Shown in pieces: positions 31,461-42,589 of a stretch of DNA of 64,000 bases. This stretch comes from Patescibacteria group bacterium. GTDB taxonomy: Bacteria; Patescibacteriota; Patescibacteriia; JAXHNJ01. The DNA is taken from assembly GCA_034520665.1 (NCBI GenBank), contig JAXHNJ010000002.1, positions 480,660 to 544,659 of the forward strand, read 5' to 3'. The translations under genes were made by a program, and so were the position numbers. Position 1 is the first letter of the stretch. Each line of letters begins with the position of its first letter. The notes beneath the pieces were generated by a model, which worked only from the letters and a program-made list of their open reading frames with translations, searched no databases and was not told the DNA's origin.

Positions 31461-32835
31461 GGAAAATAAAATAAAAATAGCCACTAGTTCATTTCGTGAC
31501 CCTAGTGGTTTTGTTTTTTTTGAGGATAAAAAAGTTTATCGTCAAGTAAATCAGTCATATAAAAATATTTATGACTCTATCAAAGAATCGGGGTTATATG
31601 AAGAGTTAATAAAAGAAAATTTATTAATAAATTTTCAAGAAGTTGATGGACCAGTAGCTGAAAAATCACCAGTTTATAAAATTCTTAAAGTAAACAAAGT
31701 TCCCTTTATTTCCTATCCTTATGAATGGTGCTTTAGCCAATTAAAAGAAGCCGCTTTATTAACCTTAAAAATACAAAAAAAAGCTTTAAAGCAGGGTTTT
31801 TCTTTAAAGGATGCTAGCGCTTACAATATCCAGTTTTATCAAGGGAGGCCCATTTTTATTGATATTCTGTCTTTTGAAAAATATGAAGAAAAACCCTGGA
31901 TAGCCTACAGACAATTTTGTCAGCACTTTCTAGCTCCTCTTTCTTTAATGTCTTTAAAAGATCATCGGCTAAATTTTTTAACCAAGGAATTTATTGATGG
32001 TATTCCTTTAGATTTGGCTAGTTCAATTTTACCCAAAAAAAGTTACTTTAAATTTTTACTATTAAGTCATATTCACTTTCATGCTCGTGGCCAAAAATAT
32101 TATGCTGACAAAGAAATTAAAAATCAGCAGAGGAAAATGAGTAAAAAATCATTAATGAACCTATTAAAGAGTTTAGAATCAGCGGTTACTTCGTTAAATT
32201 GGAAGAATCAAGATACGGAATGGGCTGCTTATTATAAGAATACTAATTATACAAAAAAAGCCTTTGACCATAAGAAAGAAATTGTAAAAGAATTTATTAA
32301 AAAAATAAACCCAAAAAATATCTGGGATTTAGGCGCTAATAACGGTATTTTTAGTTTATTGGCTTCGAAAAATAATGTCTATACAATAGCTATTGATAAT
32401 GACGCAGCCGCCATTGAAAGTGCTTATAATTATATAAAAAAGAAAAATATTAACAATATTTTGCCCTTAGTTATTGATTTAACTAATCCTAGCAGCAGTA
32501 TCGGCTGGCAAAACAAAGAAAGACAAACTTTGATCGAAAGGGGGCCATCTGATTTAATTATGGCTTTAGCTTTAGTTCATCACTTAGCTATATCTAACAA
32601 TACTCCTTTTATTATGATAGCCCAATTTTTTAGTTCTATGGGGAAAAATTTAATTGTGGAATTTGTGCCGAAAAAAGACACAAAAGTCAAAAAATTATTA
32701 AGTACTAGAAAAGATATTTTTTCTGAATATAATCAAGATAAATTTGAAGAATCTTTTAAAAAATATTTTTCTATTATACAAAAAGATAAAGTGAAAGAAT
32801 CGGAAAGAATACTTTATTTAATGAAAAGAATATGA
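31450..32835 (+). CDS. SAM-dependent methyltransferase (NoeA-like)
   Basis: SFRDP.G, ISYPYEW, KDA..YN, WDLGANNG, LAL.HHL. Confidence 0.8.
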   Translation: MINKENKIKIATSSFRDPSGFVFFEDKKVYRQVNQSYKNIYDSIKESGLYEELIKENLLINFQEVDGPVAEKSPVYKILKVNKVPFISYPYEWCFSQLKEAALLTLKIQKKALKQGFSLKDASAYNIQFYQGRPIFIDILSFEKYEEKPWIAYRQFCQHFLAPLSLMSLKDHRLNFLTKEFIDGIPLDLASSILPKKSYFKFLLLSHIHFHARGQKYYADKEIKNQQRKMSKKSLMNLLKSLESAVTSLNWKNQDTEWAAYYKNTNYTKKAFDHKKEIVKEFIKKINPKNIWDLGANNGIFSLLASKNNVYTIAIDNDAAAIESAYNYIKKKNINNILPLVIDLTNPSSSIGWQNKERQTLIERGPSDLIMALALVHHLAISNNTPFIMIAQFFSSMGKNLIVEFVPKKDTKVKKLLSTRKDIFSEYNQDKFEESFKKYFSIIQKDKVKESERILYLMKRI

Positions 32836-34379
32836 ATTTAAAGAAAATAATCCCCTGGCATACAATTCTGTTTTCTTTTTACCCAGTTATTTACTTATAT
32901 GAAAGAAATATACAGGAGACTTTTTTAAGAGAAATTATTTTTTTACCATTAGTAGTTATGATATTAGCTTTAATATTCTTTTTTATTATAAACTTTATAA
33001 TTGAAAATATATATAAAAGTGGTTTAATTGTTACGGTTTTATTATTTTTTACTTTTTCTTATGGTCCTTTATATTATACTGGTTTTAAAAATATATTTAA
33101 TAAAAGCATCTTTTTAATTATATGGCTATTTTTTATGTTATTGGTAATAGGCTTGATTTTTTGTATAAAAAAAGATTTTATTAAAATAAATAAAATAATA
33201 AATTTTTCCGTAATAATTTTGCTTTTGATTAGTCTGAGTAATATATTTATTTATAATATAAAGAATCAAAATATAGGGCATGCATTGGTATCAAATAAAG
33301 ATTTTGAAAAGTTTGAAATAGATAATAGGGAATTGCCAGATATTTATTATTTAATTTTTGATCGCTATGGGCGAGATGATGTTTTAGAAGATTATTTTAA
33401 TTTTGATAATAATTATTTTACTACTACTCTTGAAAAAAGAGGCTTTTATATAGCCGATAAAAGTCATTCAAATTATTTAAAAACAGCCCATTCTCTTAAC
33501 TCTTCTCTAAATATGAAATATCTTAATGAAATGGCTAAGAAAGTTAGCAAAGAAAAAAGTGATTGGATGCCTCTTTATTTAAGCTTACGGGGTGAATCAG
33601 AAGTTTCAAAAAGATTGAAAAATAATAATTATTATTATATACATTCTGGATCCTGGTGGGGGGCTACTGCCATTAATGAAACAGCTGATAAAAATATAAA
33701 TAACCTAAAAAAAGGCCCAATTTTTTTTGCCAGACAGCTTTATGATATGACTATTTTTTCTACCTTAAATAAAAAATTAAGCATCAAATTTCCTTTTTTA
33801 AACCGTTTTGATTTTTATTATAAAAACACTTTAGAACAGTTTAATAACCTTAACAAAATCCCTAATATCAAACAACCGACTTATTCATTTTTTCATTTTC
33901 TTCTTCCTCATGACCCTTATGTTTTTGATGAAAAAGGAAATTATGTTTCAAAAGATGAATCATCAAAAAATTCTGAAAGAGAAAATTATATTAAACAATT
34001 AAAATTTACTAATAGTCAGATATTGAAATTTATAGAAAAGGCTCTTTCAAAAGAAGGTCAAAAGCCAATAATAATTTTACAAGCTGATGAAGGCCCTTAT
34101 CCTGAAAGATGGTGGCCTGAAGATTCATATAAAAAAATGAGTTGGGAAACAGCTAGTAATAAAGAATTTAAAGTAAAAAATAGTATATTAAATGCTTATT
34201 ATTTACCCAATGTTGACACTAGCGATTTATATCCGGAAATTACTCCGGTTAATACCTTTCGTTATATTTTTAATAAATATTTTAATACGGATTATGAATA
34301 TTTACCTGATAAATTATACTCCCATACTGATTGGTATCATCCTTATGATTTTTTTGAAATAACAGAAAGAATAAAGTAA
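32832..34379 (+). CDS. Membrane-anchored sulfatase/alkaline-phosphatase-fold protein
   Basis: N-terminal TMs, PDIYYLIFD.Y, HFLLPH.PY, IILQADEG. Confidence 0.75.
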   Translation: MNLKKIIPWHTILFSFYPVIYLYERNIQETFLREIIFLPLVVMILALIFFFIINFIIENIYKSGLIVTVLLFFTFSYGPLYYTGFKNIFNKSIFLIIWLFFMLLVIGLIFCIKKDFIKINKIINFSVIILLLISLSNIFIYNIKNQNIGHALVSNKDFEKFEIDNRELPDIYYLIFDRYGRDDVLEDYFNFDNNYFTTTLEKRGFYIADKSHSNYLKTAHSLNSSLNMKYLNEMAKKVSKEKSDWMPLYLSLRGESEVSKRLKNNNYYYIHSGSWWGATAINETADKNINNLKKGPIFFARQLYDMTIFSTLNKKLSIKFPFLNRFDFYYKNTLEQFNNLNKIPNIKQPTYSFFHFLLPHDPYVFDEKGNYVSKDESSKNSERENYIKQLKFTNSQILKFIEKALSKEGQKPIIILQADEGPYPERWWPEDSYKKMSWETASNKEFKVKNSILNAYYLPNVDTSDLYPEITPVNTFRYIFNKYFNTDYEYLPDKLYSHTDWYHPYDFFEITERIK

Positions 34380-34447
34380 AATAGCGGATATATTAGAGAC
34401 AAAATTAGATTGTATTATTCATCTAAATGTTAATAATTAATAAATTT

Positions 34448-34879
34448 TTACCAGCCAAGAGAAATTAAAATTGCAGCTAAGGGAAATAAAATCCAGTAAA
34501 AGGTAGGTAAGCCCAAAAACCAGCTTTGATGCCACCAAAGCTTTTTATTTTTTTTATTAAAGTTTTTTAAACCAAAATGAGGATTAAAAATAAACCAGAG
34601 AAAATCCTCCAAACTCCAAACAAAAATCCAGGAGCCAATAATCAATAATTCTTTTTCTAAACTCCAGCTTGTAAAAAATAAAGGAAAATGAATTAATAAA
34701 AAGGTAAAACTAAGAAAATAAATATGGTAGCCAGTAATCGGTTTTAAACCGATTTTTTGCTTTAATTTAAAAGTTGGTAGTTTTTTAGCCCAGCCGTACT
34801 GGCCCTCAATTTGAATTTCCAGCAGAGCCAAAATAAAAGCACAAATGATAAGATAGAATAAATATAATGGTAGTTTCAT
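34448..34879 (-). CDS. Membrane protein, hypothetical
   Basis: EIQIEG..GWA..LPT, TGYH, EDFLWF..NP. Confidence 0.75.
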   Translation of the reverse strand: MKLPLYLFYLIICAFILALLEIQIEGQYGWAKKLPTFKLKQKIGLKPITGYHIYFLSFTFLLIHFPLFFTSWSLEKELLIIGSWIFVWSLEDFLWFIFNPHFGLKNFNKKNKKLWWHQSWFLGLPTFYWILFPLAAILISLGW

Positions 34880-34898
34880 AATTTATATTTTAATTTTT

Positions 34899-35558
34899 TT
34901 ATAAGTTATTATCCACTAACTTAGCTTTAACGGCTTTTAACAGACTAAAATGAGATTCTACGGTTTTAATAATTTCGAAACCTTTATTTTGTAATATTTC
35001 TTCCAAGTTTGTCATTTTAATTTGGTTGACATGAGTATTATTCCAAACTTTACCTCTTCCCAATTTTGTCCAAAAAAACCAAATTATTTCAAAAAGAAGA
35101 TTTTCGTTCGGTACTAATATAATTAATTCTCCTTCCTTTTTTAAACATCTTTGCATTTCGCCAATTACTTTTTTTGGATTAATAACGTGTTCAATAACCT
35201 CAAAACAAGTAATAAAATCAAAAAAATTATTTTTATAAGGGAGATTATGGCAGTCAGCCACTTGGGTTTTAAAATGAGGATATTTCTTTTTAGCATATTC
35301 TATACTTGGCTTTGATATATCAACGCCGTAAGCTTCTACATTTCCCATTTTTTTCGCCACTTTTTCCATAAAGAGACAGCCATTACAGCCGACATCTAAG
35401 TAACGTTTTCCCTTAAAATTTTTCGGTATCATGTCTAATATTAATTTAAATCTTTTATTGTGCCACCAGCGTTGATACCGATTCTTTTTTATACTTTTTT
35501 CATAGTAGTGAGGCGGAACTTCTGAATGTATTTTATCAATTTTATTTCTACTAATCAT
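34899..35558 (-). CDS. Class I SAM-dependent methyltransferase
   Basis: LDVGCNG, GVDIS, FEVIEH. Confidence 0.9.
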   Translation of the reverse strand: MISRNKIDKIHSEVPPHYYEKSIKKNRYQRWWHNKRFKLILDMIPKNFKGKRYLDVGCNGCLFMEKVAKKMGNVEAYGVDISKPSIEYAKKKYPHFKTQVADCHNLPYKNNFFDFITCFEVIEHVINPKKVIGEMQRCLKKEGELIILVPNENLLFEIIWFFWTKLGRGKVWNNTHVNQIKMTNLEEILQNKGFEIIKTVESHFSLLKAVKAKLVDNNL

Positions 35559-35584
35559 TTTTTATTATTTTATTTGGTAATAAA

Positions 35585-36877
35585 TTAAAATTTAGTTATA
35601 TATTTTTTTGTTGTAACTTTATTTTCTCCAAAAGTCCAAGCTAACACTAAAAGTAAACTAAATAATCCGATAAAACTATCATTAAAAAAACGAGAAAAAA
35701 CAAAGAAAGTAAAGGTAAATAAAGTATAAAACAAAGTAATATTTTTTACAGTATTATTACATTTTAATTTTTTTATAAGCCATAAAAATAAAGGCAAGCT
35801 AATAAGTATTTGTAAAATATAAGTTATAGAAAAACCGTGCATTGATTTAATTATACCCGACTTAACTAAAATTCCTCCCCAACCAACACCAGAAGCAGGA
35901 AAGCTAGTTTTTAATCCACCAATACCAAATAAGAAAACATCTTTGATAAAATTAGAGGCAGACCAAAATAAAAATGGACTAATAAAAATAATAAAAACAA
36001 TTAATCCAGGTAGTAGTTTTTTAAAGGAATATTTTATTCTGGGCCAATTTTTTTTATTTTTAGGTATGTAATAAAAATGGAAAAAATAGAATAAGGTTAA
36101 AAACCAGGCATATTGTTTAGAAGCACAAGCTAAACCAAGGAAAATAATAGACCAAAAATCTTTATTTTTATTAAGAAAAAATAATGAAATTAAAATTAGA
36201 AAAAAAGTAAATATATCATTTTGCCCGTGAATAAGACTAATTAAAAAATAAGGATTTAAGGCGGCAATTAATATAATACTAAGCTTTTTTTCCTTATTTT
36301 TGGGAATTAAATATAATAAAATTAAACTTAAAAAATAAAAAATAATCAATATTATTAAAGAATCAGCAAAACCGAAGTAATGATAAGTAATTATTTGAAC
36401 AAAAGTATTGGATAATAAAAAGAATGGCAGATAAACATAATGCATAAATTCACCTTCATATCTTTTACTATATTTATTAGAATATATATGACCAAAAGGA
36501 GTAGAGGAAAAATTAACGGCATAGGGATTTTTGCCTCTGATAAGAAGATTGGAGGCATTTAAAGTTTTGGCGCCACTGTCATTCAAATTATATTCTGGAT
36601 AGGTTTCTTGTCTAAGTTGAATTCTTGGTAGAGTTGCTGTTAGTAAAATGGTTAATATAGTTATAGAAATTATTATTAATTTTGTATAATGATATGATTT
36701 ATTTTTGGATTTTTTAATATCAAAGATAATCAAAAAAATAAGGCCGATAAAAGTCATAAGATAAAAAACAGAATTATCAAAAAGTACTTTTCCCCCACTA
36801 ATATAAGTATTGACATATCTTACAACAAAAGGCGCTAGTATAGCGTAGAGAACAGTGCTTAGTGAAATTTTTTTCAT
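35585..36877 (-). CDS. GT-C membrane glycosyltransferase (GT87-like)
   Basis: G.NPY, Y.YLP, GQND, GLA...KQ. Confidence 0.7.
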   Translation of the reverse strand: MKKISLSTVLYAILAPFVVRYVNTYISGGKVLFDNSVFYLMTFIGLIFLIIFDIKKSKNKSYHYTKLIIISITILTILLTATLPRIQLRQETYPEYNLNDSGAKTLNASNLLIRGKNPYAVNFSSTPFGHIYSNKYSKRYEGEFMHYVYLPFFLLSNTFVQIITYHYFGFADSLIILIIFYFLSLILLYLIPKNKEKKLSIILIAALNPYFLISLIHGQNDIFTFFLILISLFFLNKNKDFWSIIFLGLACASKQYAWFLTLFYFFHFYYIPKNKKNWPRIKYSFKKLLPGLIVFIIFISPFLFWSASNFIKDVFLFGIGGLKTSFPASGVGWGGILVKSGIIKSMHGFSITYILQILISLPLFLWLIKKLKCNNTVKNITLFYTLFTFTFFVFSRFFNDSFIGLFSLLLVLAWTFGENKVTTKKYITKF

Positions 36878-36947
36878 ATACTAATTTTACCACAAAAAAA
36901 GAAAGCCTTAAATATCAGCCTTCTTTTTTAATATAATTTTGATTTAA

Positions 36948-37442
36948 TTACAATATTTCCATTTTCAAAATTTTTACGCCCCAGTTTTTAGCTTCCTGCT
37001 TGGAGGGCATCCAGATGTCAGCAATGTATTTACCTTTGTAAGAAGCCATGCGATCGGTAACTGTAAAAATTTTATCACCATAAGCCTCCGGGAATCTGAC
37101 CTTAGTGCCAAAAGGGAGATAATTGTAAGCTAGAGTCCCGTCTTCGACTCTCTGACCGGAAGCAGTGATAAAAGGATCGCCAGAACATTCATCCGGACTG
37201 GAAGAATAAGCGGTGATGGTTAGGTGAATCTGACTTCTGGCCGGTCTGTTTTTAACTTTTGGCAAACCTGGCATTTTTTGAATTTGCTCAAAAGTAGCGT
37301 AATTTTGGTATTGATCTTTGGTTAAAAAGTTATTTTCAATTACTTGTTTAGCTGAAGTTTGGGGAATACCTAAATTTATCAAACTTAAAATGGAGATAAA
37401 AGTAATAATATTTTGTTTAGAAAAGACCTTTCTGGTCTTCAT
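36948..37442 (-). CDS. 3D-domain protein
   Basis: TAYSS, TASG, LPFGTKV, V.D, DIW. Confidence 0.85.
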   Translation of the reverse strand: MKTRKVFSKQNIITFISILSLINLGIPQTSAKQVIENNFLTKDQYQNYATFEQIQKMPGLPKVKNRPARSQIHLTITAYSSSPDECSGDPFITASGQRVEDGTLAYNYLPFGTKVRFPEAYGDKIFTVTDRMASYKGKYIADIWMPSKQEAKNWGVKILKMEIL

Positions 37443-37604
37443 AAGTTTTATAAATTAATGATAATCTATTAAAAAACTGCTAATATTAGCTAAATAAAGC
37501 AGTTTTCACTTGATAGATTACCTTAGCATAATGACAATCTTTGTCAAGGGGATATTTTGTGTAAAAAAACCCTGTTTCAAAAAATGAAACAGGGAATAAG
37601 AACT

Positions 37605-37977
37605 CTACTTAAGAGTAATATACATTTTGTCAGAGTATCCGTCCCACTTAATTAACACAAGAATATTTACCCCCTCATCATAATAGCGAGTGAAAGAGTC
37701 TTCACCGTGATGACCAAGATTTAAGGTGTTGCCCCTTCTTTTATTTACTTGTATTTACTTGTGAATCATTTATAATGAAACGAAAAGAGCCTCCGCTAGA
37801 ATTGGAATTTTTTGCTGTCATAGTATGAGTATTCCAGTCCCAAGTAAATTTTACACCCTCATATTCAAAATGAATTTTGCCTTCAGAATCAGGCTCAAAA
37901 ACATTCTTTGAGCAAGAAATGAAAATAAAAAGAATTAATATAGTTACGATGACTGGATAAAACCTCTTCATTTTCAA
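37605..37977 (-). pseudogene. Putative lipoprotein gene frameshifted by a 10-bp tandem duplication
   Basis: Lipobox-like IFISC; ATTTACTTGT x2 at 37743-37762; removing one copy opens the frame to TAG 37605, just before a terminator (37563-37594). Confidence 0.75.
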
Positions 37978-38338
37978 TCACCTCTTTTGTAAAAAAGATT
38001 AAAAAGAACAATAAATTACTTATTTGGGAAGCACTTAAATTTATCAGATAATTATTTTTTTGTCAAGGGAAAAAATAAAAAACCTCTCTTTGAAAGTAAA
38101 GAAAGGCTAATTAAAGGGTAAATAATGGATTACTCTTTTTAATTATTTCATTTTTAAGACGTCACTATCTATTAGCCTTAAAGCTTATTAAAAAAGTTAA
38201 ATTCTGTCAATTTTAAAAATAACCCAAATAAAACCAGGTTATTTTGTTTGAAGCGGCAGATATTTATTGGGAAGACGACCCTTTTTTCCGCCGGCCGGAG
38301 CCGCTATGATATGTATTTATTGCGCTAATATTATATTT

Positions 38339-38415
38339 TGGAGCGAGAGAGGGGACTCGAACCCCCGACCTTCTCCTTGGCAAGGAGATGTTCTAGCCAA
38401 CTGAACTACTCTCGC
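38339..38415 (-). tRNA. tRNA-Gly(GCC)
   Basis: Cloverleaf, loop TT GCC AA, CCA encoded. Confidence 0.95.
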
Positions 38416-38657
38416 ATATTTATTAATACTGTAATATTTATTATAAACGGCGGCGGGCCGGTTGGCAAGGAATATATTTTTAACAACTGTCAGCCAGAGG
38501 CCGATCCGCTTTGTCTGCCACAGGCAGGCTTTGGTGGAGACTACTGCCGTAAAAATCTAAGTCTACGGGTGGGACCTCCCGCTCCTTGATTTATTATTTC
38601 GCAAGGAATGGCGGGATCTCGCCATTAAGACAGGAGAACCGGCGAATAGAGGTTTTG

Positions 38658-38843
<186 letters not shown>

Positions 38844-39066
38844 CAGACCCCCGCCTAGACTTTACTCCGTCAAATGACGGAGATTTGCTTGCCCCACGAA
38901 GCTTAAAAGCGAAGTGGGGGCTTATGTGGCCGTGAAAATTATAACTGGCGGAGCCGACTCTGTTGCCTAACGGAATGGCCGCGAAAAAATTGGTGGAGAC
39001 TATTTTATATAGAAGACATAAATAACTTTTTAAATATTAACAAATTTTGATTATTTTTTCAAGAGT

Positions 39067-40449
39067 TTATTTATCGATTTGCCAAAGCCAGGTATTATTG
39101 TATTTTTTAATAATTTTGTAATTATTTTCTATATATTGGTCAATAATATTTTTTTGGTAATTAAATCTCTCCCCAATTTTATAATTAGTAATAATATAAC
39201 TTGGTTTTTCATTTATTAATATATTATAATTTTTATCTAAAAAAAACTGATTACCCTGAATTGTTTCTATAACATTTGTATAATAGGGATTATATTTTTT
39301 TAATTCAAAATATAAACCTGGCAAAAAAGGATGAGCAAATATTGATTCCTTTTTAACTGTATTTTTTATATCCTTAATCATATTTTTGGTATAATTACTT
39401 GTCTCAAGACGTTCAGTAAATTTAAGAAAAAGAGAGGCATAGATTATAAAAATAATTAATATAACAAAAACACTCAGTAGTTTTTTTGAAAAATATTTAC
39501 GAAAAACATTATACTTTTCTCTTATTAGAAGTGCCGACAAAATTATCAGAGGGAAAGAATTAAGGAGTAGATGATAAATATCTGGAAGATTTAAAATTGA
39601 TATAAATAGAGCAAGCTGGAGCCCGAAAAGCCAGCAATATTTGTCTTTTAGTCTATCATTTTTTTTATATAGTATAAGAAGCCCCAACCAAATAATTATA
39701 AACAGAAGAATAAAAGTATAGCTTATTTTATTCACATCATGATAAATACGAACTATCCGTAGAAGTGCTGTAAAAACAAAAATTCCCCACGTCATCAAAC
39801 CAATAGCAAAAATTAGCAGTATTCCGCTTAATGAATAAATAATATGTTTTAAAGAAATTTTATTTTTTTTATATAAATATACTAAAAATATTCCAAGCCA
39901 GATAATAAGAGCTATACCTTTATTTTGAAGAAAGTAAAATGTTAAAGCGCTCAAAATACCAGAGAGAAAAATATATAATACCTTTTTTTCCGAAAGGTAT
40001 TTAAAAAGAAAGTAGGTGAGAATAATAGTAAGAAAAAGACTGTAAGTATTATGATTAATTAGAGGATAGGAAAGGCTAGTTATAATAAAAAAAACAAAAG
40101 TAGCAATCAAGCCGGCTGTTTTATAAGGACTTAAAATAAGAAAAATTTTGTATATTAACCAGGTACTAAGAACAAGACATAAAAATGAAAATATTTTGAC
40201 TATTAAATAAGAAGCTCCGAATAAACTAAAAATTCCATAAATTAGATAAAAAGATCCCGGGCTTATATATTCAAAAAAATCATGATAAAGCATCCGGCCA
40301 TTATAAATATTCCAAGCTCCATTTAAGGCAATTCCCTCGTCGGAACTTAAACCATACCAAAAATGTAACAAAAAAGCAGATATTAAAAATAAAGATAAGA
40401 CTAAACTTACCCGGCTTATTTTTTTATTATTTATAATTTTATTTATCAA
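39067..40449 (-). CDS. GT-C (ArnT/GT39-like) membrane glycosyltransferase
   Basis: DEG motif after TM1, G..LY.DFF...PG, polytopic. Confidence 0.75.
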   Translation of the reverse strand: MINKIINNKKISRVSLVLSLFLISAFLLHFWYGLSSDEGIALNGAWNIYNGRMLYHDFFEYISPGSFYLIYGIFSLFGASYLIVKIFSFLCLVLSTWLIYKIFLILSPYKTAGLIATFVFFIITSLSYPLINHNTYSLFLTIILTYFLFKYLSEKKVLYIFLSGILSALTFYFLQNKGIALIIWLGIFLVYLYKKNKISLKHIIYSLSGILLIFAIGLMTWGIFVFTALLRIVRIYHDVNKISYTFILLFIIIWLGLLILYKKNDRLKDKYCWLFGLQLALFISILNLPDIYHLLLNSFPLIILSALLIREKYNVFRKYFSKKLLSVFVILIIFIIYASLFLKFTERLETSNYTKNMIKDIKNTVKKESIFAHPFLPGLYFELKKYNPYYTNVIETIQGNQFFLDKNYNILINEKPSYIITNYKIGERFNYQKNIIDQYIENNYKIIKKYNNTWLWQIDK

Positions 40450-40807
40450 GATAATTAAGTAAAATTTCTTTATTTTTTTTAATATCTTTTTTAACTTGTT
40501 GATAAAGTTTTCTTTTAGAATAAAATTTTATTAAAGGCCTTATTTTTTTAATAATTTTCACTTTTATTTTTTGTCCATAGATATCAGGGCAATTTTTTAG
40601 AAAAAAAACTTCTAGTTTTGAACAATTATTTTTGTCTAGAGCACCAAAAATTAGTATGGCCGGGTATTTTTCTTTTTTCAAAAAAGCAAAGCAAGCATAA
40701 ACTCCCGGCTCAATATTTTTAGCTAAATTAGGGTTAAGATTAGCCGTGGGAAAGCCTTGTTTTTTACCTTGTCCGTCGCCTTTAATAACCGGCCCCTGAA
40801 TAATCAT
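40439..40807 (-). CDS. Stand-alone riboflavin kinase domain
   Basis: G.V..G...G...GFPTANL, GVY, E, IRP...F. Confidence 0.85.
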   Translation of the reverse strand: MIIQGPVIKGDGQGKKQGFPTANLNPNLAKNIEPGVYACFAFLKKEKYPAILIFGALDKNNCSKLEVFFLKNCPDIYGQKIKVKIIKKIRPLIKFYSKRKLYQQVKKDIKKNKEILLNYLDK

Positions 40808-41568
40808 TTTATGAATTTCATAAATTTCTGGTGAATAACTCCGTTAGAACAAATCATATCTTTTGATTTTAAGTTCCAGTCTTTGCCATTAAAATCTGTA
40901 GCTTGGCCGCCGGCTTCTCTGACTAGCAAAATTCCGGGCGCAATATCCCAAGCCTTACCTCCAGGAATGACAAAGCCTTCGGCTCGGCCAGAAGCCACCC
41001 AAGCGGTTTCAATACCCCCGGCTCCTAGTTGCCTGATATCTAAAGCTTTCATTTTTAGTTTAGAATAAATTTTTAAGGCTTTTTTAACCTGTTTTTTCTG
41101 ATAACCATGACAAAAATAAAAGATTGATTTGTTAACGGCTCTTTTCTGACTGACCTGAATTTTTTTATTGTTTAAATAAGCACCTTGACCTTTTTCAGCC
41201 CAGTATAATTCTTTCATATAGGGAGCATAAATAACTCCTAAAATAACTTCATTTTTATAAGTTAAAGCAATAGCCGTGCAAAATAAGGGATTACCCATTA
41301 AATAATTATGAGTGCCATCCAAGGGATCAATAACCCAGGTGTAATCGGATTTTTTATGAGTTTGGCCTGATTCCTCGCCTAAAATATTATGATCCGGAAA
41401 TTTTTCAGTAATAATTTTCTTAATAATTTTTTCCGCTTTTTCATCCACTTTAGTAGCCAGGCCACTAAAACCGCCTTTGTTTTTTATATCCTTACTTTTT
41501 ACCTGGTGAAAATTTTTTAAAATGTATTGACCGGCCTTTTTAGCGGCCTTTAGGGCTGTTTTTTTCAT
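40804..41568 (-). CDS. suhB: Inositol monophosphatase family (SuhB-like)
   Basis: GEE, WVIDPLDGT.N, WD.A.G..LV.EAGG. Confidence 0.88.
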   Translation of the reverse strand: MKKTALKAAKKAGQYILKNFHQVKSKDIKNKGGFSGLATKVDEKAEKIIKKIITEKFPDHNILGEESGQTHKKSDYTWVIDPLDGTHNYLMGNPLFCTAIALTYKNEVILGVIYAPYMKELYWAEKGQGAYLNNKKIQVSQKRAVNKSIFYFCHGYQKKQVKKALKIYSKLKMKALDIRQLGAGGIETAWVASGRAEGFVIPGGKAWDIAPGILLVREAGGQATDFNGKDWNLKSKDMICSNGVIHQKFMKFIK

Positions 41569-42059
41569 AAAGTAATATCTTTAAATTTATTAGTCATATT
41601 TTCCAGGTCAAAAATAGCGAAAGAGGGATATTGGAACATACCGCCGGCGGTGCCAGGGTTCAAAAGATAAGTATCACCATTTTTTTCAAAAGATTTAGCG
41701 TGATTATGACCAAAGCAAACTAAATCATATTTGTGACTACTAGCTAATTCCTTAGCTTTGTCCGAGAAATGGATCATAGCTATTTTTTTACCATTTAGTT
41801 CAAATTCAGCCAAATCCCCGTAATGATTAACTTTATCAGATTTATCAGCCAATTCTTTTTCAGTTTCTTGGTCAGCTACGTTGCCATAAACCATATAAAT
41901 TTTTCCTTCAAATTCCTCTATCATTTTTTTTAACATAGAAGGGGCGGCTAGGTCACCACAGAAAAAAATAGTTTTAATCTCTCCTTCTTTTAAATTTTTA
42001 TTAATAATTTGCCAGCTTTTATAATTATCATGTAAATCTGACAAAATAGCGATTTTCAT
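41565..42059 (-). CDS. YfcE-like metallophosphoesterase
   Basis: SDLHDN, CGD, GN, GH.H, NPG. Confidence 0.88.
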   Translation of the reverse strand: MKIAILSDLHDNYKSWQIINKNLKEGEIKTIFFCGDLAAPSMLKKMIEEFEGKIYMVYGNVADQETEKELADKSDKVNHYGDLAEFELNGKKIAMIHFSDKAKELASSHKYDLVCFGHNHAKSFEKNGDTYLLNPGTAGGMFQYPSFAIFDLENMTNKFKDITL

Positions 42060-42063
42060 AATA

Positions 42064-42504
42064 TTAAATTTCCTTTTTATACCAGATTTTATCTAGTTTC
42101 TGGTATTTTAATCGGTTATATAATTTAATCGCTTTAGGGCGGTAGTCTTCAGTGTATAAAACTAATGTTTTTACTTTTTTCTTTTTGGCAATTTTTTTAA
42201 TTTCCTTCATCATTTTGTCAGCCAGGCCCTGTCCTCGGTAGTCTTTGTCAATAACTACATCATCAATCAGGCCCATTTTGTCTTTAAGCCAAAATTCGGG
42301 GATAATACGCAGAGTTACATGGCCGATAAGTTTATTATTTTTTTCTAGAACTAATTCATAGTCATAATTAGCCTTAATAATTTTATGCCAGGCTTTTTTT
42401 AGTTTTTTCATATTTTTTGGCACTATTTTTCCGGGACTCCAAAGCTGCTCATACAAACGCATGATTTCAGAGAAGTCCGATTTTTTGGCCGGTCGGAATT
42501 TCAT
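42064..42504 (-). CDS. GNAT acetyltransferase
   Basis: YRGQGLA motif A, A..LY. Confidence 0.85.
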   Translation of the reverse strand: MKFRPAKKSDFSEIMRLYEQLWSPGKIVPKNMKKLKKAWHKIIKANYDYELVLEKNNKLIGHVTLRIIPEFWLKDKMGLIDDVVIDKDYRGQGLADKMMKEIKKIAKKKKVKTLVLYTEDYRPKAIKLYNRLKYQKLDKIWYKKEI

Positions 42505-42589
42505 AGGTTTATTATAGAATATTTAATTATATTGGGCTAATTTGTTTTAAATATTTATCTTATCAATCTGAAATTAATCTATCATTATC

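Noticed and set aside
38577-38635. Fifth GGATCC-type cassette (tcccg..ggcgggatctcgcc..gga)
   Set aside because: Too degenerate to count with the four clear copies.
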